Below, one piece after another: positions 25,526-36,720 of a stretch of DNA of 64,000 nt. Source of the stretch: Malacoraja senta (lineage: Eukaryota); NCBI GenBank assembly GCA_038087875.1, contig JAXLNO010000254.1, positions 1 through 64,000 of the forward strand, read 5' to 3'. A program made the translations under genes and the position numbers. The notes beneath the pieces are model-generated. The model was not told the DNA's origin and searched no databases. It was given only the letters and a program-made list of their open reading frames with translations. Positions within the stretch are counted from its first letter, which is position 1. The number at the start of each line of letters is the position of its first letter.

Positions 25526-26281
25526 CTGCACCAGCAGGGGGAAGAGGGGGGAGGGGGGGGGGGGAGACAGGATGAGGCACACAGGGGGCATGGAGCATAC
25601 GGGTGAGACACACGTGGGGAACAGGGCACAGAGGGATCATGGACACAGGACAAGTACGGGATCACACGCAGCGGGCACACGGCACACGCAGGGGCGTGCA
25701 CACGGGGGTGGCACGGACAGAGGAATAGTGGGGGTGGAGGGTGCACAGGGAGCGGGGTCACAGACACAGGGACCAGACAGGGGGACAAGAAGGACATGGG
25801 GGTGGGGAGAACAAGCAGGGGGGGAGACACACACACAAGCGTACACACATACAACACAAAAAACACGCACACACACAAACACGCACAACGCACACACATG
25901 CACAAACACACACACACACACACAAACACGGGCAGAGATCCCAAACGCGGAGTTTAGGTGTGGAGAGGAACATGCGTCACACGCAGGGAACACGGATGTG
26001 GAGAACACGCAGGCAGACGTGTACACACCGAGCACACAGCCCACACGCGGGTGGACAACATGGACATGTGGCACAGAACACACACACACACATGGATGGG
26101 GTGGGGTGGGGAAGAGAGAGTGAGAGAGAGACAGAGAGAACGTTAAATCACTCACTGACCAGGAGGGAACGTTACCATGGGTGAGTGGGTGGGTGAGTGT
26201 GTGGGTGAGTGAGTGTGTGGGTGAGTGGGTGGGTGAGTGAATGGGTGAATGGGTGGGTCAGTGAGGGCTGGAGGAACTCAT

Positions 26282-26432
26282 GCAGGTTGCCAGCAGGAAG
26301 TGGTAGGGGAGGAACTCCATGCGGAGGACATCGTTGAACTTCTTAACGCAGTGCAGCTCGATGCCCTGGTTGTTGTAGATGTGCAGCCACTTCTTCTGTG
26401 CCACCGCAAACATGATCTCCGTGTGAAGCCAT
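26282..26432 (-). pseudogene. WDR46: WDR46 exon, first of three, with a mutated donor site
   Basis: gtcag|A TGG CTT CAC...GCA ACC TGC|atgagt, 151 nt, encoding [50 protein letters not shown]. The donor reads AT instead of GT. Confidence 0.9.
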
Positions 26433-27371
26433 CTGACACACACAACACAACGCACAACGTGAGGCGGGTCAGGCACGCACCTCCCAGGGCAGCGGGTGGA
26501 GCGGGCACAGGCGGGCAGTGAACCCACAGAGATACAGTCTGATACACTGGACCCACGGAGATACAGTCGGATACAGTGGACCCACGGAGATACAGTCTGG
26601 TTCACTGAACCCACGGAGATACAGCAGGGCTTGAAATTAGCGGTTGCCTGGGTGCCAATGGCAATCTACAGTCCCAACCTTATCACAGCAGTCGTTTGGG
26701 GGGGGATGGGGGAGGGGGGGGGAAGAGAGACACTCGTTCTAATCAAGAATCTGCCTATCTCTGCCTTAATAATATCCACTGACGGCCTCCACAGGCAAAT
26801 ACTTCCACAGATTCACCACCCTCTGACTAAAGAAATTCCTCATCTTCCTGAAGGTACATCCTTTTATTCTGATGCTGTGCCCTCTGGTCCTAGCCTCTCC
26901 CACCAGTGGAAACATCCTCTCCATATCCACTCTGTCCAGGCCTTTCGCCGTTCAGTACGTTTTGAAACTCCACGCGAGTGCAGGCCCGGCGCCGTCAAAC
27001 GCTCATCGTACGTTGACCCACCCATTCCCGAGATCGTTCTCGTCAACCTCCTCCGGACCCTCTCCGGGGCCAACACATCCTTCCTCAGATGAGGGCCTTA
27101 AAACCGCTCCACAGCGGCCGGGAGATTCTCCGGCTTTGGGGAATTCCACCGGCGGTAATCGCTGGCCCCACTCTCCCCTCTCCCCGACACTCCTTCTTTA
27201 TCCCTCTCTACCCCAACACCAAGGATCCACCTCCCTAACCTCCAGCCCTCCCCCCCCCCCCCCCCCCATCTCCTTCCGTTCCGAGTGTAGTTTATTCTGT
27301 ACAGTCCGAACGGAGGCAGGTCCAGGTTGAAGGACTGTGGGCAAAGGCAGGAGGTGAGTATGGTCTGAGAG

Positions 27372-28042
27372 TTTAGTTTAGAGTCACAGCGCGGAAACAG
27401 GCCCTTCGGCCCACCGGGTCCGCGCCGACCAGCGATCCCCGCACACTAACGCTATCCTACACACACACACACACACACAAAGGGACAATTTTTACATTTA
27501 CCAAGCCAATTAATCTACAAACCTGCACGTCTTTGGAGTGTGGGAGAAAAACGAAAGACCTCGGAGAAAACCCACGCAGGTCACGGAGAGAACGTACAAA
27601 CTCCGTACAGACAGCGCCCATAGTCGGGATCGAACCCGGGTCTCCGGCGCTGCATTCGCTGTAAGGCAGCAACTCTACATATGATTGTTAAGGGTTTGGA
27701 CACGCTAGAGGCAGGAAACATGTTCCCAATGTTGGGGGAGTCCAGAACCAAGGCCATAGTTTAAGAATAAGTGATAAGCCATTTAGAACGGAGATGAGGA
27801 AATACTTTTTCACACAGAGAGTTGTGAATGTGTGGAATTTTCTGCCTCAGAGGGCGGTGGAGGCTGGGTCTATGTATGCTTTCAAGAGAGAGTTAGATAG
27901 AGCTCTTAAAGTTAGCAGAGAGAAGGCAGGAACGGGGTACTGATTGGGGATGATCAGCCATGATCACACTGAATGGCTCGAAGGGCCGAATGGCCTACTC
28001 CTGCACCTGTTGTCTATTGTCTTCCGCTGCACCACTGTGCCG
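27372..28042 (-). mobile_element. V-domain SINE split by a + strand CR1 3' fragment (about 27678-28021)
   Basis: The SINE body runs to ...aactctac (27677) and its head resumes at ccgctgcaccactgtgccg (about 28024-28042). Confidence 0.75.
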
Positions 28043-28166
28043 ACAAACACTCATCATACGTCACCCCATTCACCCCCAGGATCATTCTCGTGAACCTCCT
28101 CTGGACCCTTCGAGCCAGCACTGCCATTCACTGTGATCATGGCTGATCATCCACAATCAGTATCCC

Positions 28167-30356
28167 CAGGGCTCAAAATTAGCGGTTGCCCGGGTGCCAC
28201 TGACCACTCAAAGCGCCGCCGGGCAACCTAAACACCGAGTCATTTTGCCCGGCTTGGCAACCAGATACTGGTTTGTACTGAAGATAGACACAAAAAACTG
28301 GAGTAACTCCGCGGGTCAGGCAGCATCTCTGGAGAAAAGGAACGGGACAGCGGCTCCATTTCCTCCTCCTCCTGCCCCGCTCCCGCCCTGATAAGGGCCT
28401 CTGCTTGAAAACCCGCTAACGGCGCTTTCAAACAAACTCTCCCGCACTCCGAGGCCGGGAGGAGGGAGGGAGGGAGGGAGGGAGGGGGACGCCTCGGAGT
28501 GCGGGAGAGTTTGTTTGAAAGTGCCGTTAGCGGGTTTACAAGCAGAGGCCCTTATCAGGGCGGGAGGGGTGCGGGAGGAGGAGGAGATGGAGCCGCTGTC
28601 CCGGCCGCTGCTGCCACTGTTCGGGGCCCGTCATTCGCTCCGACCCTTCCTCACCCCGCACCAAGTATCTTTGCCCCGCAAAACAGCCGCCGACACGAAA
28701 CGTCGCGTCTGAAGCAACTGCACCAAAGATCTCTGAGCTGCACCGCCCGGCCCCGCACCTTGCTGTTGGCTGGCGGAGGAGGGAGGCGGTGGCGAGGAGT
28801 TCCCAACGGCCAAGGCAGCGGGGCGATGTTGTCCGAGGAGCGCTGGCCTTCCTTCCTCCCCACCTAGCTCCCCCTCTCCCTCTCTCTCTCTCGTACGCCC
28901 CCTCCACCCCACCCTTAATCCTGGGACCCCTCCACTCCATCCCGCACTGATCCCCATTCCCGCCTTTATTCAGTCCTCACTGACATCCCCTGTGCTCCCC
29001 TCCCCATCTACCCCCCCCATCTATTCATCCTGCGCTGATCACCCTATCCACCTCGCATTGATTCTCCTGCCACCCCCACCCCCCATCCATCCTACACTTG
29101 TTCCCCAATTCACCCTGTACTTACCCCTTTGCTATCCATCCTGCAATTCTCCTCCATCCATCCATCCTGTACTGATCCCCCATCCATCCTGTACTGATCC
29201 ACGCATTCATCCCGTACTGACCCACCCTCCATTTACCCTGCACCTTCCCCCTTCCCCTCATTCATCCTGTAGTGATCCCCCATTCATCCTGCACAGACCC
29301 TCCGATCCACACTGTACTGACCCCCCCCATTCATCCTGTACTGATCCTCCCATTCAAGAAGAATGGGGGGAACAGTCTGAAGAAGGGTCTCGACCCGAGA
29401 TGTTGCCTATTTCCTTCGCTCCATAAATGCTGCCTCACCCGCTGAGTTTCTGCAGCACGTTTGTCTACCCCATCCATCCCGTACTGAACCCCCCTTATTC
29501 AACACCACTGACATCCCCGGTGCTCTCCCTTCACAATTTTACCTACTCCAACCAACACGTACTAATTCACCTGCCTCAATCCATCCATTCTGCACCGACT
29601 GCCTTCTAACCCCCCACCCCGCCATCTATCCACCCCGCACTGATTCACACACACCCCCCTCCCTGACCCTATTGTGCTGGAAATGTCTTCAGAGCTAACT
29701 TTGACTATGTTTGATAACGGAATGCAATCAAATGTATTTTAATTCCCAATGTTATTATTTGTTTTCATACATAAAGATGGATTAATTAAATTGTGAACAC
29801 GTGAAACATTAAAACCGCAGTGTTCGATTGTCACTGTTACCGTTGACACGTTATTACAGAATTAATTTTCATGGCAAATCAATGCTCTTAATATGGAGTA
29901 TCCGTACTGTAGTTATTTAATGAGCAACATTCATAACTATACGTAAGCATATATGTTACCATGGTCCAGGATTTATTAACACAGGTTGATCATACGCTGA
30001 ATAATCCAACCACATTGTTGTTTGGAAGTGGAAAGAACTAATAGAAATTGCATTAATTGCAACGTGTAAAAAGAGTTGACATACTGTCTTATAATTTTGC
30101 TGCATGTCATTGTGGGATATATCATGTCTTGATTGGTGAATATGTTTAGTTTGTGACTTTATTTGAAGCAGAAATAATATGTGAATGCTTCATTGAGTAT
30201 AATTCCGACTGGTAACTACGCACTTCGTCCGAGCACATTATTGCATGCGTCATGCAAGCCATCTTAAATGACCACCTAAACTGTCATTTGGCAACCTAAA
30301 AAGCTGCCAAGGTTGCCCGGCTGGCAACAGGGAAAAAAAGTTAAGCGAGAGCCCTG
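28167..30356. mobile_element. Probable non-autonomous hAT-like DNA element
   Basis: Ends CAGGGCTC...GAGCCCTG, with subterminal GGCAAC/GTTGCC repeats at both ends. A second left-end fragment is at about 26626-26665. No 8-bp TSD match and no transposase. Confidence 0.55.
28950..29670. repeat. Degenerate C-rich minisatellite (CCATYCATCCTGTACTGAYCC-like units)
   Basis: Directly visible. Interrupted by a Penelope-like tail at about 29355-29468. Confidence 0.75.
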
Positions 30357-31120
30357 GAGCACCACGCTGAGTTGACCATGAGGCAGACGCCCCCCTCCTC
30401 TCCCTTTCCCAGATGCCAGTGTACGGCCATACGGTGGATGGAGAAACCTTCAGGCTGGACCGCTGAGTCTGGGGAGCTGGGGTGAGCCATGTCTCTGTGA
30501 AACAGAATACAGAGCATTCCCTCAGCACCCTTTGATAAAGCAGCCTTGCTCTTAAGTCCTCCACTTTATTTTCAAGGGACTGTACGTTGGCCAGTAGGAT
30601 AGTAGGGAGACGGGGCCAAAGTACCCCGCGCTTCAGTCTGACCTGAAGTCCTGCCCGTCGGCCACGTTTCCGGACACAATGGAGGCTTCCCCCTTTGTTT
30701 CCAGGTGCTGAGTCCACTGTACCTGCTGATTCTGCGGACCTGCGCTGGGACGGGGATTCCTTCACAGACGGCAGCTCCAGCTCCGTAACGAATGGGGGTA
30801 CATTCAAAGTCGGCAGCTCCAGCTTCATTGTTCCTGGGAGATCCGGCCCGTGGGCTCTGGAGGTGATCCCGGGGTTCCCAGGTACAGTACCTGGGATCCT
30901 CAGTCGGGTCGGGAGTTCCACAGCCAGCGTGGGAAAATTTAAAGTCCGGGGCTCCCGCAGCTGTGGGAGATCGCGAAATTGCCAGCGCTTTCAGCTGCCC
31001 AAGCAGCTTGTCTGAAACGGCACCGATTACTGCCGTTTCGCTGATGCAGGTAAGTTGATAGAAGTTGTAGGTGAACCTTTTCTGTTCTGGTGCTCCGCAA
31101 AAGTCGCCGCAGGCAGGCAC
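30357..31120 (-). mobile_element. Rex1-type LINE, 5' region and endonuclease N-terminus
   Basis: ORF 30250..30921: KRGRRAGLQVRL...LPTILLANVQSLENKVEDL...FCFTETWL. Confidence 0.8.
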
Positions 31121-31813
31121 CATCTTAATTGGCTTGGTAAAACTGAAAATTAACCCTAGTGTGTGTAAGATAGTGTTAATATGCAGGAATCGCTGGTCGC
31201 CTGGACTCAGTGGGCCGAAGGGCCTGCTTCCACGCTGTATTTCTAAACTAAACTAAAAACTAGGGTCAATTTACAGAGGTCCAATTAATCTACCAACCCA
31301 CACTACTTTGTGGTGAAAACACAGTTACAGGGAAAACATGCAAACTCCACACAGACAGCACTCAAGGTCAGGATCTGGGTCTCCGGCGCTGTGAGGCAGC
31401 AGCTCTACCAGCTACGCCACTGTGCAGCCAACTAAAAGCCTACTACCTCATTCACCTTTTATTTTTTGGCCCCATGTCAGCATCATTCAAGGTAAAACAT
31501 TGGGAGGACGTAGATTGGCTGTCTCTTCTGTTTAAAATAATGACAACAATTGCTTTGATGGAGCAAAATTAGGTTGCAAGGTTGAAAGACAATGCTTCTT
31601 TTATCAGCGAACATGTCCTTCTATTTTAGTTTCAGAGGTACAGAATGGAAACATGCCCTTCAACCCACCGAGTCTATGTCTGTCCAGAAAAGTATAAATA
31701 GGAGCTAAATAAAGTCCATTAGCGAGCAAAAAACATTATGTTGGAACTGTGAGTTGGAGAACTCAGCAGTTGTCAGAAATCTTGAATAAAAGGAGATATT
31801 CATAAGTAGAATT

Positions 31814-32126
31814 CAGTAAAACCCTCGCTCTGATGGACCTCAGTGGAGAGGGCACGGTGTCTGTTTTTGCCGATTGTCCACTATAACCAAGTGAGGGGGG
31901 TAAAGTTTAACCCAAGGCCGGGAGGGAACAAAGGCGATTAAAACAGGGGGAATTCACAGGCCGCCTTCATGCTGCCCGCTCTCTCAGCTCCTGCAACCGG
32001 AAGCTCCCGCCATGTGGTGCCAGCTCGGTGGGTAACTGGCGAAAGTGGGGGGCAGTGCAATGGGGGCTTTGGTCCGCTATAACCAAAATCTGCTGTATAG
32101 AGGTCCGTTATTGCGAGTGTTTCCTG
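31814..32126. mobile_element. Probable pogo/Tigger-type MITE
   Basis: Imperfect TIRs CAGTAAAACCCTCGC...GGACCTC and GAGGTCC...GCGAGTGTTTCCTG, followed by TA. Confidence 0.5.
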
Positions 32127-32578
32127 TACAGTACATCATATTTTTAAACTCCTTGAAAAAAAATTCAGCCACATGTTTTGCGGGAAGGCCAGTATTTACA
32201 GTGAGAATAGTTAGCATAAATTTGCAGTCCTCATCAATTCACTTGCATCCCTCAGCAAGGCTTCATTGGCTCACTGTGTTGCTGAAAAAGTTATCAGTGA
32301 GTAGCAATGCCAGGATTTCTGCATTTAATTTTGAACATGAAAACTCAGATGTTTCTATCAGTTTTATGGTGCGGCAATGGTAAAACACTGACAGTTTTGC
32401 CACCATCTGGGCTACTAAATTTATGTCAAATTTAGATTAGTGAAAAGAAGTGAGATCTTTACTTAAGCTGTTACAGAAAGTGGTAAGAACAAGCATATTT
32501 CTAACCATAATGTTCTGTTGCCTCAGGTAGAATTTTGCTTTCGTCCAAGATAATAGAATTGAAAATTTTGATTTGCAG

Positions 32579-32694
32579 CATTGGATACAGCTAACATCAC
32601 CGTAAAAAAACAAGTCTTTGAGTTATTAGCCGCACTATGTATTTACTCCCTGGAGGGTCGTGATCTGGCTTTGGACGCACTGGAAAACTACAAG
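32579..32694 (+). pseudogene. INF2: INF2-like formin DID-domain exon, first of four
   Basis: ttgcag|CA TTG GAT...TAC AAG|gcaagt, 116 nt, encoding (A)[38 protein letters not shown]. Recalled human INF2 is [28 protein letters not shown]. The donor is GC. Confidence 0.9.
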
Positions 32695-34009
32695 GCAAGT
32701 ATAAAACTGCTCTTCAAAACATCCTGGCAATATGTGCTTGTTAGAAACGCAGGGATCAGTAAGTGACAGCCCTTCGGCCCACCATGTCCGTGCCAACCAG
32801 CGATCACCCTGCACACCCTGCCCTGCACACCAGGGAAAAGTTACAATTTACAAAAGCCAATTAACCTACAAACCTATCAACGTGTACGTCTAGAGTGTGG
32901 AAGGAAACTAGAGCACCATGAGAAAACCCACAGTCACAGGGTGAACATACAAACAGCACCCATAGTCAGGATCGACCCCGTGTCTCTGACGCTGTAAGGC
33001 ACCACTGTGTGGCTGCCTATCTTCACACATTCTGCCTGATCTCCAGCATTTTCAGCAGTTTCTGTTTTTATTGCATAATGCAGTATTACACTAGAGTGTG
33101 CAAAAAATACTAAAAAGGTAACTTTCCCAAAATGAGTAACTGTTTAATCAATGAAATTTTATAATTCACATTTGTAAACCTCATGAGTGTCCTGGTCCAA
33201 GTGAATTGACTTTAGTAGATAATAAATTCAATACATAAAGAATTCCCTGGATTTATTGCAAAACTCAGAATTGCTCCAAGAGCTGTCCTGCGATCATCCG
33301 CACACAAGTTCTATGTTATCCCATCCTATACATGAGAGCCAATTTACAGAAGCCAATTAACCCACAAACCTTATATCTTTGGAGTGTGGGAGAAAACTAG
33401 AGCATCTGGAGAAAACCCATGCAGGCACAGAGAGAACACACCAACTCTGTACAGACAGCATCCATTGTCAGGATTGAACCTGGGTCTCTTGCATTGGAAG
33501 ACAGCAACTCAACCACTGTGCTGCCCTTTCCTTGGGAGAAAGTAGACATTGAGTCATGCCCTTTCAGTGGTAATTCTCCTAAAAGATAACAACTACGTTT
33601 TATTTCCAGGAACAATTGTTTCCTTCTCCCCACCATCTCTACACTTTGACAACATAAGGGCCTCTTAATGTTTAATTTTGATGGAACACCACTGTCTCCA
33701 TTGCTTCCCTCTATCCTGTCAAACTTCCCTTCCAGCCCATGGTCCTGTAATCTACATCTTTCTTTCTTCTCTCATGCTCTGCTGAGGAAGCTTTGACCAC
33801 GTGACCAATCCCCAACATACTGGACACCATTTTCACGAAATCATTAGAAAATCGTTTTCATAAGACATGGGAGCAGAATTAGGCCATTTGGCCCATCTAC
33901 ATCATTCATGCATGGCTGAACTACCCCACTCATGACCTACTGTCCTATCCATCCTCATGAATTAATAGCAACTTCTAAAAATTGATTTTACTTTATTTTT
34001 TCTTGGCAG

Positions 34010-34170
34010 ACTGTGAAAAGGCAACACTACTGATTTAGTGTAATCATGAATGAACTCCAGGCTACAGATAATGTTCCATATATGACTATGTTGCTGAGTG
34101 TCATCAACGCTATCATTTTTGGGAAGTGAGGAACTGATACCTCGTACTCATCTGCGGAATGAATTCATAG
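34010..34170 (+). pseudogene. INF2: INF2-like exon, second of four, with a nonsense codon and a +1 frameshift
   Basis: ggcag|[52 protein letters not shown](G)|gtaact. TGA at 34031-34033 and an extra base near 34120. Confidence 0.9.
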
Positions 34171-35926
34171 GTAACTATTCCTTGTATAATTCAGCTGCTT
34201 ACCATCCAGCCCACCCATAGTAATTTAAGTATAGAGTATTTTCCTTACCTGAAAAGCACAACATAGCTGCTTCCAGATCCAAAATAGAAAATCTCTCCTG
34301 AAACTTATAGAGAAATATCAATTCAATATCCTGCCATTGTAAAGGATTCCCTCTTTTGATTCAAAAGGTTTTCAGTAATTCCAGACGCCACTGCAGTCAC
34401 CTATTAACTGGCTCAGTAACTGCTGAAGAAGTGTCAGATTATTGGAACAGGTTATTAATAAAATAACCAGGAACACCATAAGTCATTTTCTCAATGTTTA
34501 TTTAGTTTAGTTTTGAGGTACAGCATGATAACAGGCCCTATGGTGCACCGAGTCCGTGCTGAGCAATGATCACCCGTATACCAGTTCTATGTTATCCCAG
34601 TTTCACATCCTACACACCAGGCACAATTCACAGAAGCCAATTAACTACTAACCTGCACGTCTTTGGGATGTGGGAGGCAACCAGAGCACCAGAGAAAACC
34701 CACAGGGAGAACGTACAAACTCCATGAAGACAGCACCCATAGTCAGGATTGAACCCAGGTCTCTGGCACTGTAAGGCAGTAACTCTACCGCTGCAGCACG
34801 GTGCCACCCATTCATTGTGAAAAAATAGACACTTCAATGTTTTATCAACTTGAACTTAATTCAATTAGTTATATAGAGTCTTACAGTGTGGAAACAGGCC
34901 CTTTGGCCCAATATGCCCAAGCCAACCAACATGCCCTATTTACACCTGCCTGCATTTGGCCAATATCCTTCCAAACCTATCCTATTCATGTACCTGGCCA
35001 AATATTTCTGAAATGTTGCGATAGTACCTGCCTCAACTACCTCCTTCAGTAACTCATTCCATGCCCCCACCACCCTTTGTATAAAAAAAAGTAATCCCTC
35101 AGGTTCCTATTTCATATGTAAGATATCTGAGAGAATACTGTTCTTCCCTACACTTATAATTCTTAACATATTTGCTAACCAATATAATTTTAGAGAGTAT
35201 AGGAACAACCAAAAGAACACGAAAAACAAAACATTTCCTGTATGGCTGTCATTTACGACAAACATCCATCCCAGATTAAGCGATTCTGCCCAAAACAGTT
35301 TTTGTTATGATTCTGATAAAGTTGCTTGAGATTCTTAGCAATTACAGGCTTGATTCATGCTCTTTCATTGTAATTCTCCTTAAAGGGGAACATTCTTAGT
35401 TCATTAAAGTTACCTTTCAAAACTACAAAATGCAAGTCAAAACAATCCCTTCACATTTTGATTGGAAAATAATGAATAAAGAAAATGAAGTATTACACTA
35501 ATTTCATTATGGTTGCCTCAAAACCCATTAATATAAGACAAGAAAAAAATAATGCCACTTTAAATTAAAAAATACAAACATTTGTATAAATGAATGTCAC
35601 CTGCTAAGTTCCAAAAGTGGCTTGTTCTGAAAGGCTTTGTTGGAGCTATATTTGTGCACAAGGTAATCATGTTTATTTCAAAAATAAAAAAGTATAAATT
35701 GAATATTTGATGCATTTGATATTATCTCCTTCAATGGTTCAGTCTAGTTTCTTTAGAGTAGAGACTACCTTTCAGGTAATTATTTTATTTGCTTCTAACA
35801 AGTAACTTCAGGCTGTCTATTTTTGCACCTGCATTATATAAAATGATGGTCTAGAACTACCTAGACCATATTATGTGTGGCACCATTTGTTGAAGCCAAA
35901 TAATATTACTAAATTATTGATTTTAG

Positions 35927-35960
35927 GTCTCCATCTGTTGGATATACTGCCATCATCAAG
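35927..35960 (+). pseudogene. INF2: INF2-like 34-nt exon, third of four
   Basis: ttttag|GT CTC CAT CTG TTG GAT ATA CTG CCA TCA TCA AG|gtatgg = (G)LHLLDILPSS(R). Recalled human sequence is GLQLLDVLARLR. Phases fit the neighbouring exons. Confidence 0.8.
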
Positions 35961-36233
35961 GTATGGTTTATTCATGTAGATTGCCCAGTTTAAATAGATT
36001 TAACATCATGTTTACTAAATGTATGCTCAGATTTCTTGATTGTTATGCATTTTCTGAAGAATATTGTAGATTATGGTTTTTATTTTGAAGTGAAAAGTGA
36101 GTTAATTTAACTCTTGCATTACATAAGCCTTAAGAGACATGACTTAAGAGAAAGGAATTACCTGATTGAGTTATACTGGCATTTGTTCAAGGGAAATGCA
36201 CAAACTTAATCTGTATCATGATGTATTCCTTAG

Positions 36234-36362
36234 GGGAAAAAGATGATGAAGATTTATTAGTCCAATGTTTAACCTATGAGGATGCTAAAGGAGTTAATGA
36301 AACTCTATGGTGGCATTGATATGAATAGCCATCAAGAGGTCTTTACAAGATTGTTTAACAAA
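36234..36362 (+). pseudogene. INF2: INF2-like exon, fourth of four, frameshifted with an internal deletion
   Basis: cttag|...EKDDEDLLVQCLTYEDAK/ELMKLYGGIDMNSHQEVFTRLFNK|gtaagt. There is an extra base at the start, and the acidic AEDEE stretch is missing. Confidence 0.85.
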
Positions 36363-36720
36363 GTAAGTGCATGTTTTTTGTTGGTGTTATTTCAGAATTT
36401 TAAATGTTTAATTAGTCCAATTTTAGTGAGCCATTGAGTCAAATGAGTTGGATGTTCTGCAACAAATGGCACAGAGTAATATTCATGTTTTTCAGTGAAA
36501 TGCTCAAGCTTAATTGTTGTGGTCTGAGAACCTTTTTAAAGTGAAACCTATTGATCTATTTATGATCCACAAAAACTTAATCAAGGTCAAAATTTATCAA
36601 AGGTTATGAAATAGTACAATATGAGGGATTATCTCCAGTGTTCATAATTAAACAAAAAGCTACTGTAAAATGTAGATGGTTATTCAATATATTTAAGATA
36701 GGAACTTACCCCTACGAGGA

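Noticed and set aside
25275..26625. CRISPR-like arrays (short repeats at 25275-25378 and 26520-26625)
   Set aside because: They are head-to-tail minisatellites with no unique spacers and no cas genes, in a vertebrate intron context.
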